From a virus: 31,180 bases of DNA. The stretch is taken from positions 1 through 31,180 of IMG/VR virus record IMGVR_UViG_3300045971_000277; one strand, written 5' to 3'. The notes under the pieces were generated by a model, which was not told the origin of the DNA, did not search any database, and saw only the letters and a program-made list of their open reading frames with translations. Position numbers and translations under genes: made by a program. Shown here piece by piece: positions 8,208-17,061 of this stretch (within the stretch, counting starts at the first letter, position 1; every line of letters starts with the position of its first letter).

Positions 8208-10811
8208 ATGGCGATCAAGGATACATTCTCGGAGTTGCCCCGGAGTATTTTCGAATCGAATCGCCTGACTGATGACGTACGCAGCCAACTGCGTGGCATT
8301 GGTAGCGAGACCGGGTGGAATGCAGACCGGATCATGGACAAAATCCGTGGTCCGTCGGCTCCGGTTGTATCCAATTTGCCTTGGAATGGCCGCACAGCGT
8401 CAATCTGGGATGCAGACCAGCTAATCAGCTACAAAGTCAACAAGCTACCTGAGTCTGTTACGCTCATGTGGGCTACGGGCGAGGCTCCGTACAAGGAGCT
8501 TGGCCAGTATGACAATGACCGTGACGCAAAAGAAGCTGCGCTTAATCACTATCGGCGTGAGTACCTAGGCGATACTGGGGTGACCCGCGCAGAGATTTGG
8601 GCCGCTATTGATAGTTCCAAGCGTAGCGCCCGGCTTAGCCCGGTCGTCAACGTCGTGGAGATGGACGGCAGCCGGATCCTGACGAAGCTTGGCTATAATC
8701 GCATGATTGGTTCGCCGTCCGGTGAGGACGTGCGCAGCTGTGTCACCCACTATTACCCGGGTCACCAGATTGAACGTGCCAGCGACAATTATAACGGCAT
8801 CGTCACACTCGTGTTGGCTCAGATGGATCCGGGCAACATGCCGGTTGATTCTGGCGACCCCGGGACCAAGCGTGGGCCGGGCGTAGGCGAAGAGCTAGAA
8901 GGAACGACGGGCGAGCCTACGGGTCAAGTGTTGACGGCCCAGCAGGCTCCGCCGCCAGCCGATCCGGCTCAGGCTGCGCCACCTGCGGATCCGAATCAGC
9001 CGCCAGCCGATGGTGCACCCCAGCAGGATCCGGACCAGCCACCGGCCGAAGAGTCTATGGCTGATTCAGGTATGTCGTTGGAAGACGCTTTAGCGCAGTT
9101 AGGCGAGGCGATCCAGTCGGCGACGGATGCGGCACAGTCGGTCAAAGAGCGCGTGGAAAGCGGAGACGCCATCCTGCACGGTCAAGAAGTCGAAATGTAC
9201 GACGACGCCCCGCCACCAGCCCCGGCTGCGGCGGCTCCGATCAATCAGCCAGCTGCGGCGGCGCCGGTCGGTGGCACACCGGTTCAGGCGCAGCTTGGTG
9301 GGACCAAGGGTAACCAGTTCCTTGAAGACATGCACAAGCAGGAGCTTCTAGAGAAGCTTCGTGGCAAATCGCGTGACACGATTGATAAGATGAACCGCGA
9401 GATGCAGAATCAGCAGCCGCCAAAGCCGAAGCCCACGCCGATCACGCCTGTACTACGCAAGAAGGACGCGCCTAAGCCTGAGAAGGAAGTTGCGCCGCAG
9501 AAGACTCCAGAAGAGGCTGCGAAAGAAGAGGAAAAGCTTTGGTATAAGCTAGACGAGCTATTCCACAAGCGGTGGCCTGGCAAGGCTGGTACCGCCACAG
9601 CTGGCATGCAGTCCGGGTTTGAGCGGATTCCCGTCAAGATCCTCGAGAAGCTTGTCCAGCGCGGCGGGGCGACCCGTCGTGGCTACAATAAGACGGATCC
9701 GGTCACGGGCAAGAAGGAGTGGGTTCAGTCGTCCGAGCCTAAGTGGGATGTGCTGACGCCAGAAGAGCTAGACTTGGCTCGTAGCGCTATGGAAGGCGAC
9801 TACGAAGAGTATAAGAAGCGCGTGCGCAGTGTTATGCGCAGCGAAAACCAGAATTCTGGTTTGGGTAAGCCGCATAAGATTGAGGCGGTCGACCAAGAGG
9901 CCAAGGATTATTGGGAAGACCTATTTGGTCCATATGGCGTCAGCATGACCGAGGAAAAGGTTGCGGCGCTTGCATCGGATGCGATCGAGATCTGCGCCAG
10001 CCTTGGCATGGCGGCAGATGAAAATCAGCTGATCCAGATTGTATCGACCGTCGCGAATCGCCCGGCCGTACATGGCGCTCTAATGAAGTTTGCGCAGGAC
10101 GGCCAAGAATCGGATGATGCATTGGTCGATCAAATCCTTGAAATCTCCCAGTCTAATCATGATGTGTCGAAGGTTGTCGACCGCATGACGCTGGAGTTCT
10201 TGATCAAGAATAGCGACGCCCTGCACAACATGTCGCTTGAGCAGCAGCGGTCGATGATGTGGCGTGCCGTGCGTGCTGACGGACGCTACCGCAAGCGGTT
10301 GATGAACCTGCGCGACAAGGCGCTTGGCATCGTTAAGCCACCGGCCGCACCGGCTGAAGCCGCTCCTGCTCCAGCACCACTCGCACCAGAAATCGGGGTA
10401 ATGGCAATGAAACTAACAGCAGCCGGATTCAAGCAGCCCAAGCCGAACAAGGGTTTGGACGACGCCGTTGATGTAGTCAAGATGGAAGATATCGGCACCA
10501 AGCCGAATCCGGTCGTTCCCGGCCACATCCCGATGACGCATTCGAAGCCGACCCAGCGTGGTATCTATGTGCACCTAACGGTCACTTGGGAGCCAGATGA
10601 TGTCAAGGTCGGCGGTCAGTCGCTCTTACACTCGATCGAGAACTATGTCAAGGGCGTAGCGAGCCACCGTGAGTTCACCGATTTCGGCTTCATCGGCAAT
10701 GTCCACATTGACGACGTCGATCCGAAGGCCGGGTCCGCTAGTGTATACTTTAGGGCCAAGGATGGCGCGGGCGGCGCTGTCAAGGAAGTCAAGGAAACGT
10801 CGAAGGAATAA
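8208..10811 (+). CDS. large modular putative internal head protein (867 aa)
   Basis: RBS GAGGG; Pro/Ala/Gln linkers that begin at xxAQ motifs; AVDQEAKDYW motif. Confidence 0.75.
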   Translation: MAIKDTFSELPRSIFESNRLTDDVRSQLRGIGSETGWNADRIMDKIRGPSAPVVSNLPWNGRTASIWDADQLISYKVNKLPESVTLMWATGEAPYKELGQYDNDRDAKEAALNHYRREYLGDTGVTRAEIWAAIDSSKRSARLSPVVNVVEMDGSRILTKLGYNRMIGSPSGEDVRSCVTHYYPGHQIERASDNYNGIVTLVLAQMDPGNMPVDSGDPGTKRGPGVGEELEGTTGEPTGQVLTAQQAPPPADPAQAAPPADPNQPPADGAPQQDPDQPPAEESMADSGMSLEDALAQLGEAIQSATDAAQSVKERVESGDAILHGQEVEMYDDAPPPAPAAAAPINQPAAAAPVGGTPVQAQLGGTKGNQFLEDMHKQELLEKLRGKSRDTIDKMNREMQNQQPPKPKPTPITPVLRKKDAPKPEKEVAPQKTPEEAAKEEEKLWYKLDELFHKRWPGKAGTATAGMQSGFERIPVKILEKLVQRGGATRRGYNKTDPVTGKKEWVQSSEPKWDVLTPEELDLARSAMEGDYEEYKKRVRSVMRSENQNSGLGKPHKIEAVDQEAKDYWEDLFGPYGVSMTEEKVAALASDAIEICASLGMAADENQLIQIVSTVANRPAVHGALMKFAQDGQESDDALVDQILEISQSNHDVSKVVDRMTLEFLIKNSDALHNMSLEQQRSMMWRAVRADGRYRKRLMNLRDKALGIVKPPAAPAEAAPAPAPLAPEIGVMAMKLTAAGFKQPKPNKGLDDAVDVVKMEDIGTKPNPVVPGHIPMTHSKPTQRGIYVHLTVTWEPDDVKVGGQSLLHSIENYVKGVASHREFTDFGFIGNVHIDDVDPKAGSASVYFRAKDGAGGAVKEVKETSKE

Positions 10812-10954
10812 TGCAGGATTACGACACAGAGGTCCCAGCGACCGGGCGTGAGCTTGCTGTCTGCCCATTAGACCCGGAGTATGACCCGGACCTACATGAC
10901 TATACAAGTGAAGGTGATCTTTATACTCCTATAGTCGAGGCACTGGATGAATAA
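10811..10954 (+). CDS. 47-aa acidic peptide (not in ORF track)
   Basis: MQDYDTEVPATGRELAVCPLDPEYDPDLHDYTSEGDLYTPIVEALDE; TAATG overlap at both ends, AAGGA upstream, exactly fills the gap. Confidence 0.7.
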   Translation: MQDYDTEVPATGRELAVCPLDPEYDPDLHDYTSEGDLYTPIVEALDE

Positions 10955-11933
10955 TGCGGTACATAGCTCAGAACATGAGTCAGGGCAACCTGCAGATATC
11001 GTTCCGGTCGCCCAGCCCGAACCAGCGTCAGATCGGCCAGACCATACTGATCCCGCAGGGGTCGGCAGTGGACCTGTTGTCGATACTGCCGGACCTACGC
11101 TATTGGAAAGAGCGGGTCCCGGAGCTACTCAGCCTCCAAGCTCGTGGCAGAATCCGCTTAGAAGTATCGGAGTAAGTCAAATCCGGTACGAGTACCGGTG
11201 CAAGATCTGCCAGCTGTCCAGCAAGGCCCCCACCCTATATAAGAAGCTTCACGAGCTGGTCTTCACTGATCGCATGAGTTGGAATCAGGCGATGAATGAG
11301 GTCAATACTTATATCAAACAGCATGGCATGCAGCTACAGATGTTGAATACGATGAACATGTCAGGTCACTTCAATAAGCATATTCAAATTGAAGACCCGG
11401 TTGTGGCGGCCTACGACAAATTCGACCAGAATGTAGCGACGCCTCCGATTCCAGCTGCAGTACGCGCACTCGTCCCATTGGTCAACAACGCACACCAGTC
11501 GGACGTTGATGACTATCGCAACATGGATGCGATTCGCCAGAAGATTACGGCGCAGCTTGAGAAGCTTGAAGCCCAGTTGGATGTAGTAGACCCGAAGACG
11601 AACCAGAAGAAGCTAGATAAGTGGGCGCTTGAGCTATACACAAAGGTAGTGAAAGAGACCCGCGCATGCATCGTTGACCTCAACGACATGCGTAAGTCCG
11701 AGCGCCTTATGAATAGTGTGGTACAAGCATTACTGGATCGCCTTACGTTTGCTATTATCCCACAGTTGCTTAGTGAGTATACAATGGTAGTAGAGGAGCT
11801 TGATCACGCTCAAGTTCCAAAAGCATTAGTGGATCGAATTGATGACAGACTACGACGGAAGACGGCTGAGATTATAGCGAACACGGCGCGTGCTGCCGTT
11901 ACAGAGGTTCAGCGGCAGTTCAGACTAAGGTAG
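10947..11933 (+). CDS. Zn/HTH-like plus coiled-coil protein, candidate terminase small subunit
   Basis: CKIC...HFNKH metal-binding/HTH-like region followed by long amphipathic helices; upstream of the large terminase. The ORF is solid; function and start are uncertain. Confidence 0.45.
   Translation: MNNAVHSSEHESGQPADIVPVAQPEPASDRPDHTDPAGVGSGPVVDTAGPTLLERAGPGATQPPSSWQNPLRSIGVSQIRYEYRCKICQLSSKAPTLYKKLHELVFTDRMSWNQAMNEVNTYIKQHGMQLQMLNTMNMSGHFNKHIQIEDPVVAAYDKFDQNVATPPIPAAVRALVPLVNNAHQSDVDDYRNMDAIRQKITAQLEKLEAQLDVVDPKTNQKKLDKWALELYTKVVKETRACIVDLNDMRKSERLMNSVVQALLDRLTFAIIPQLLSEYTMVVEELDHAQVPKALVDRIDDRLRRKTAEIIANTARAAVTEVQRQFRLR
10954..11175 (+). CDS. 73-aa hypothetical protein, overlapping the 10947 ORF in another frame
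   Basis: TAATG-coupled to the 47-aa ORF; globular beta/alpha hydrophobic pattern (MRYIAQNMSQGNLQISF...VDLL...ELLSLQARGRIRL). Confidence 0.6.
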   Translation: MRYIAQNMSQGNLQISFRSPSPNQRQIGQTILIPQGSAVDLLSILPDLRYWKERVPELLSLQARGRIRLEVSE

Positions 11934-11942
11934 ACAACGACA

Positions 11943-12386
11943 ATGGATACACTAAATAATGCTCACGTCGTGCTAATTCTAGCAGGATACATTGTCACTC
12001 AAGCTTTAACAGCTACTTTAATCTATTGGGCTCTTAGTCGCCAATCGACTGCGCAAATTAAGAGCCTGTTTGAAAGTCGCGGCAAAGAGCATTTTATCGC
12101 GGGGTTCAACGACGAGCTGAGGTCAACCATCACGCGGGCCATCAAGGAAAGTCAGGCCGACGTACTCACATTGGTTTATGACCACGTAAATAAAGAGCTT
12201 GCCGCCACAACCCAAGTCACGCGTGAACTAGTCTCGGAACGCCTACGTGAGATCGATGCCCGTATTATGGACATGCGCGATGCCCTCCGTAAGATTGACA
12301 TGATGCGCGATGAGATGAGCGTGACGAATAAGATTATTGGCGTCATGAGTGAGCGCCTCAATCGGTTCTTTGAAGAGGCAAAATAA
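11943..12386 (+). CDS. single-pass membrane protein with coiled coil
   Basis: N-terminal hydrophobic helix VVLILAGYIVTQALTATLIYWAL, then heptad-rich helices; TAATG coupling to the next gene. Confidence 0.7.
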   Translation: MDTLNNAHVVLILAGYIVTQALTATLIYWALSRQSTAQIKSLFESRGKEHFIAGFNDELRSTITRAIKESQADVLTLVYDHVNKELAATTQVTRELVSERLREIDARIMDMRDALRKIDMMRDEMSVTNKIIGVMSERLNRFFEEAK

Positions 12387-13444
12387 TGCGGCCACGCCAC
12401 ACTAGCCAGAACGGTATCATGCTACACAAGGGCGACCTTGTGGCCGATGCTGCCTACGCTGGTGTCCCGCGTCTGCTTGATGAAGGTGTCGGCCGCATCC
12501 TGTCGATTAATGCTGGATACGCTAAAGTGGCGTGGCGTGATGGGTCCGAGGACACTGTGCGAGCGGCCGACCTGATCCGTGTGGTGGATCGATATGAGCC
12601 GATGATCCACGAGTCGGCCTACGAAATCCCGAAGTATGTGGCAGGCACCCGCGTAATCTTGGGTAATGGTGACCAAGGCCGCGTTATTGAAGAGGTCATG
12701 GGGCCTACTGGGTTCAAGTCATTCAAGATCAAGATTGAAAAGTCGGTAAGCCCGACCGGAGTTGGCCGCATGGTATATGCGACTAATAACGGGATGTCGC
12801 GAATTGCTTCGATTGAGCCTGATACGTGTGCTGCGTTTAGCAAAGAATCGGGCGAGGTCGTGGCGGTCGTCGGCTGCGAGTTAGTCGTTGGCGAAGCCGA
12901 TCAGCAGGTTGGACTGCAAAAGTACAGCAGTCTGCCGCAGGACCATGGCATGCTGTTTCCGTACGACCCGCCGCGTGCCGTCATGTTCCACATGGGCCGC
13001 GTCAGCTTCCCTATCGACGTTATATTCATCGACCAAAATGGCTATGTGGCCGCGATTGAAGAGTCTCGTGAGCCGGGCGTAGAAGAACATTGGGGCCACG
13101 GTCGGGTATCGGCCGTATTGGAAGTCAACGGTGGCTGGTGCAGCCGTAGTGGCGTTATGATTGGCGACCGTGTTAGACTTGGGTCGCGCCATTCGGCACA
13201 GGAAGCATTTGAGCCTCAACACAATCGGACCGACCACGCGGTACGCCCGGTCGACCCCAAGATGGATCCGAATCGGTTCAAGGGGCACGATGTGCCGGGT
13301 GAAGTTTTGAATAGCGGTGACAGTTTTGCCGGTGCCGGTAATGGACCGGGCCGTGATGATTTCGCGCAGCAGGACTCGACCTTCGGTCGTGATCCGACTA
13401 AGTCGATCGATGGACCGGGTAAAGACGTAACGCGACCCTCATAG
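12386..13444 (+). CDS. multidomain protein: two SH3-like barrels plus DUF192 (UPF0127) domain
   Basis: GLQKY..LPQDHGMLF..MFHMGRVSFPIDVIFID..VLEVNGG..GVMIGDRV (~12860-13185) matches the DUF192 pattern. Confidence 0.8.
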   Translation: MRPRHTSQNGIMLHKGDLVADAAYAGVPRLLDEGVGRILSINAGYAKVAWRDGSEDTVRAADLIRVVDRYEPMIHESAYEIPKYVAGTRVILGNGDQGRVIEEVMGPTGFKSFKIKIEKSVSPTGVGRMVYATNNGMSRIASIEPDTCAAFSKESGEVVAVVGCELVVGEADQQVGLQKYSSLPQDHGMLFPYDPPRAVMFHMGRVSFPIDVIFIDQNGYVAAIEESREPGVEEHWGHGRVSAVLEVNGGWCSRSGVMIGDRVRLGSRHSAQEAFEPQHNRTDHAVRPVDPKMDPNRFKGHDVPGEVLNSGDSFAGAGNGPGRDDFAQQDSTFGRDPTKSIDGPGKDVTRPS

Positions 13445-13452
13445 GTGAATAT

Positions 13453-16101
13453 ATGTTCAAACACAATCGTCAGGCACGCAAGGCATTATACGGGTCGCTG
13501 AAGTCGGCGGCCGGTAGCACCCGTACGGCTAAGCTTAGCTGGTACTTACAGCGGCATGAATCGGGCGACAGCGGCAAGACCGTTACGGCGCAGTCGGCAC
13601 CGAATGAGTCGTTGCAGATGGTGCGTGAGTTACTGAGTGCGTATAGCTGGCCGCAACAGCCTAAGCTATTCTACACCGGTATGCGTCACACCGGAGCCCG
13701 CATGGGGGCGACCGAAGTCGGCAGCGCCGTCATCACGGTCACGGGCGAAGTGCGGACTCCCATTGGGGTCCAGTTGGGCTTCGACGTCCCGGTTGAAATC
13801 CGTGACGGCCAGATGCTAGAGCCGAGCGTGATGCTGGTTAACGGCCACGTTGCCGTGATTTCGCAGTCAGCGATTGACAATCTCATCAATAACAACTCGA
13901 CGTTTGCGGACCAGCCGCTTCGTGGCATGTATCAGGCCCCGATGGATGGCGTAGACAATCAGGAATCCCCACGGATCCCGCGCCGCACCCCCGGCATGTT
14001 CCATATGTCGTCGAAGCAGTCTGCGCTACGTGATTTCATCCGGACTCGCGGCCACAAGGGCACGGAGAAGTTAGCCCAGATGGACGCGCCGTCGGGCGTT
14101 AACGTGACGTCCATCGAACGTATGCCAGCTGAGATTGATGAAGAACCCGGCATGCCGACATTTGCCGTCAGTGGATCATTTAATGGTCAGCCATTTGAAG
14201 TAAACTTGTCAATCGAACTTGATGGCCGCGACATGGAGGCACAGCACGTTGCTGGTGTTGACATATTCGGCACTGACGTTGATAGTACGTTTTTTGATGC
14301 ACAGGAGCAGATATTTGTCGCTATTGGCAATAGCCCAGCATATACCGAAGCCATGAAGGAATATGAGGCTAGTTATACTCAACATCAGGCCCAGATGGAG
14401 CCAGCACCAGCTGCCGTGGCACCATGGGAATTAGAGCAGATGCAGGGGCACACAAACCCTGTGACATTAGAGCAGGGCCCAGCATCAACACGTCCAGGCC
14501 TGCAGAAGTGTCCATCATGCGGTGGCCAGCCGCACCCGACGACCGCGCCCTACTGCAGCTCAAAGTGTCTAAAGCTGGACCAGCAGACAACGCACTTTGA
14601 CCAACGTCGGCGTGGCCAGATGCAGCAACCGGCCCCACAGCAGCCAGCTCCACAACAGCCCGCCGCAGCCCCGCAACAGGGTCAGCAACCGGCGAAGCCA
14701 CAGCAGAAGCAGATGTCGCCGCAGGAGGCTATACAGGGCCTGCAGGGTATTGTACAGAATCTGGCGAAGGAGATGCAGCAGCCAGCAGCACCGAAGGCTG
14801 CCCAGATGCAGTCTGAGGATCCGGACGATTTTGACAATGGCCTTGGCCATCAGTCTGATCCAGTAGGGTACACCGATGAGCAACAAGTCATATCAATAGT
14901 AACAGCGATTGTCAACGGAAAAGAAGTTACAGCGATACCAGAGTTTGGCGGTGGCAGCTACCTCTATGTACTAATTGATGGGCGTGTTCCGAGTGCTGCG
15001 CAGCAGCCAATGGCCGATCTGGCTGGCGATTTACTAGCTGACGCCACATACACGCAAGTTGATTTATCTGGTGTTAAGATAGATGCGTATGATGATTTAT
15101 ATAATTTAGTAAAATCTGGCGAGATTGACCAATACGTTGTTGGTCGCCGCGCGCAGATGCAGTCTGAGGACCCTGACGTCCACCTGTATGGTGAGGACGA
15201 GAGAGAAGAAGCTAGCAAGCCCAGCAAGGGGCGCGAGCAGCACAATAATCATCCGACGTCTGAGTTTATGCCTGGAGCTAAGGTTAAGGTGACAAAGAAG
15301 CTATCGGCACCAACCCGGGGCGGGCCACGCGTTGTGATTGAGTCTGGCGCGTCAGGCCATGTCATCCGCGACATGGATGGCCATGGTAATGAGGTCTACG
15401 TCGGCTTTGAAGATGGCCGCAAGTTCGTTATCCCGGCCCGCTATCTTAGCGGCGGCGTAAAGAAGAAGTCGCAGGCCGAGCCAGAATTTACTAATCTTAC
15501 ACATCCTGACCAAGAGCGCGAGGATGACGACGTAGACCCAAGCATGGTCGAAGAGCAGCAGGAACTGCTTGAGCCCGGCATGTCGGTCCGTACCAAGGAA
15601 GAAATGATGGGGTACGAGATTGAGAATATTCGGTTTATCGAAGGCGATTATAATGGGGGCAAGACGCGTTATGAGGTAGAGGTTAAGTACGCGCCCGATG
15701 GAGTGGCTGACGAGTCGGATGGTGAGCTGCACAACGTGACGATCGCGTTTGAAACGGTTCCGGATCTGAGCGGGTACGGCGTTGACATGTTTCCTAAGAT
15801 AGACTATAGCATGTCTTCACAATTGCTTCCTGCCCCAATCCTAGAAGATGTATTAAAGTACGTAGACGAAAATCTAACAGACCACATTGAGTATGCACGG
15901 ACGCTGGGCGAGACTGAACGGCTTGAGGCGGAAGAATACGAGCGGCAGCGCCATGACGATGAAGCTGGTGCGGCCGAAGACCGTGGCGATCTTGAGCGGC
16001 AGAAGAAGAAAGACGAGCATGCATTCAACAATCCCGACATCAATGATATGATTGGCGACGAATACGAATGGGACGAGCACGACCGCCCACGCAAGGTATA
16101 A
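13453..16101 (+). CDS. modular cassette polyprotein (882 aa), putative head cargo
   Basis: RBS AGGTG; modules separated by A|QM motifs; includes a CPSC..YCSSKC Zn ribbon, an SH3-like domain and acidic domains. Confidence 0.75.
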   Translation: MFKHNRQARKALYGSLKSAAGSTRTAKLSWYLQRHESGDSGKTVTAQSAPNESLQMVRELLSAYSWPQQPKLFYTGMRHTGARMGATEVGSAVITVTGEVRTPIGVQLGFDVPVEIRDGQMLEPSVMLVNGHVAVISQSAIDNLINNNSTFADQPLRGMYQAPMDGVDNQESPRIPRRTPGMFHMSSKQSALRDFIRTRGHKGTEKLAQMDAPSGVNVTSIERMPAEIDEEPGMPTFAVSGSFNGQPFEVNLSIELDGRDMEAQHVAGVDIFGTDVDSTFFDAQEQIFVAIGNSPAYTEAMKEYEASYTQHQAQMEPAPAAVAPWELEQMQGHTNPVTLEQGPASTRPGLQKCPSCGGQPHPTTAPYCSSKCLKLDQQTTHFDQRRRGQMQQPAPQQPAPQQPAAAPQQGQQPAKPQQKQMSPQEAIQGLQGIVQNLAKEMQQPAAPKAAQMQSEDPDDFDNGLGHQSDPVGYTDEQQVISIVTAIVNGKEVTAIPEFGGGSYLYVLIDGRVPSAAQQPMADLAGDLLADATYTQVDLSGVKIDAYDDLYNLVKSGEIDQYVVGRRAQMQSEDPDVHLYGEDEREEASKPSKGREQHNNHPTSEFMPGAKVKVTKKLSAPTRGGPRVVIESGASGHVIRDMDGHGNEVYVGFEDGRKFVIPARYLSGGVKKKSQAEPEFTNLTHPDQEREDDDVDPSMVEEQQELLEPGMSVRTKEEMMGYEIENIRFIEGDYNGGKTRYEVEVKYAPDGVADESDGELHNVTIAFETVPDLSGYGVDMFPKIDYSMSSQLLPAPILEDVLKYVDENLTDHIEYARTLGETERLEAEEYERQRHDDEAGAAEDRGDLERQKKKDEHAFNNPDINDMIGDEYEWDEHDRPRKV
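14803..15178 (+). repeat. 25-nt direct repeat pair (QMQSEDPD) flanking an AT-rich in-frame module
   Basis: CAGATGCAGTCTGAGGATCCGGACG at 14803 and CAGATGCAGTCTGAGGACCCTGACG at 15154 (2 mismatches), 351 nt apart. Confidence 0.85.
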
Positions 16102-16102
16102 C

Positions 16103-16672
16103 ATGCCATTGTATAAAATGTCAGATATCGGCGATCGCGTTAATAAAGAAATTAAGGATCTCAACGAGGCAGAGATCCCAGAGATTGATATCGAAATGGC
16201 GGTTCAGCGTAAGTATCCTGAGGCTGAGCATCTGATTGTTCCCCATGGCGGCAAAGAGGCTCAGCGTGATGTAGCCCCATCGCGGACCGAGCCGATGTTG
16301 ACGGGCGCACATTATGATGAGCGCTCGCAGACCGCGATGGCGTCGTTTGCCATTCAAGATTTTGAGATCGGGCTCCGCTGGTTGCTTAGCACCGATGATA
16401 GGCCGCACTGGATGTTGAATCACAAGGAAGTTGATGAGCAGACTATCGCTGGTTTGTTCCGCTCCGTGCCGCAGGCCAAGCAGGTCCCGGCGATTTTGAC
16501 GATGGCGGCCATTAATGCACTAACGCGGTTTGACGGATTCCGCGAGGCGCTCCAGAGCAATCTCAATGGTGGCCCGCAGTCGACAGCATGGCAGCCGACG
16601 GTTCTGCAGGCTGCACGACTCGACGCGATGTCGCGCCGCGCCTTTGACCAATTTTACCGAAAGCACCGGTAG
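16103..16672 (+). CDS. hypothetical protein
   Basis: Start reassigned to ATG 16103 (AAGGT RBS, 1 nt after the previous stop). Confidence 0.7.
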   Translation: MPLYKMSDIGDRVNKEIKDLNEAEIPEIDIEMAVQRKYPEAEHLIVPHGGKEAQRDVAPSRTEPMLTGAHYDERSQTAMASFAIQDFEIGLRWLLSTDDRPHWMLNHKEVDEQTIAGLFRSVPQAKQVPAILTMAAINALTRFDGFREALQSNLNGGPQSTAWQPTVLQAARLDAMSRRAFDQFYRKHR

Positions 16673-16701
16673 CGGTACCAACCAGCGAAAGCTGAGGGCA
16701 C

Positions 16702-17061
16702 ATGGACGAAGAAATCCTAGAACGTTTGACGATCGTATCCGATGCCAGCTCGCGTCAGCTTATTGGCGAAGTTGACGTGACTGAAGGCAATGAGTATGTA
16801 ACGGTAGTACACCCGCTGATGTTCATGGAGCAGAAGAAAGCGGGCGCGGATGGACTGATAGTAACGCCGATGTTCATGCCGGTTCTGCTGTCGGAATACG
16901 TCGAAGCTATGCTGGTACGGCCTATCAGCATTTATACGGTACCGGCTACGTCAAAGCTCGCGATGCTATATCGGGCTGAATGGGACGCTTACTACAAGGC
17001 TGCGAAGGCATCGGAGGCCGGAATCATTATCACGGACAAGATGCCAGATGGCGGCAAATAA
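16702..17061 (+). CDS. Sm-like fold phage protein (putative)
   Basis: RBS GAGGG; QLIGEV...VTVVHPL...FMP...IYTV...LAMLY...AGIII pattern typical of small phage Sm-like proteins. Confidence 0.55.
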   Translation: MDEEILERLTIVSDASSRQLIGEVDVTEGNEYVTVVHPLMFMEQKKAGADGLIVTPMFMPVLLSEYVEAMLVRPISIYTVPATSKLAMLYRAEWDAYYKAAKASEAGIIITDKMPDGGK

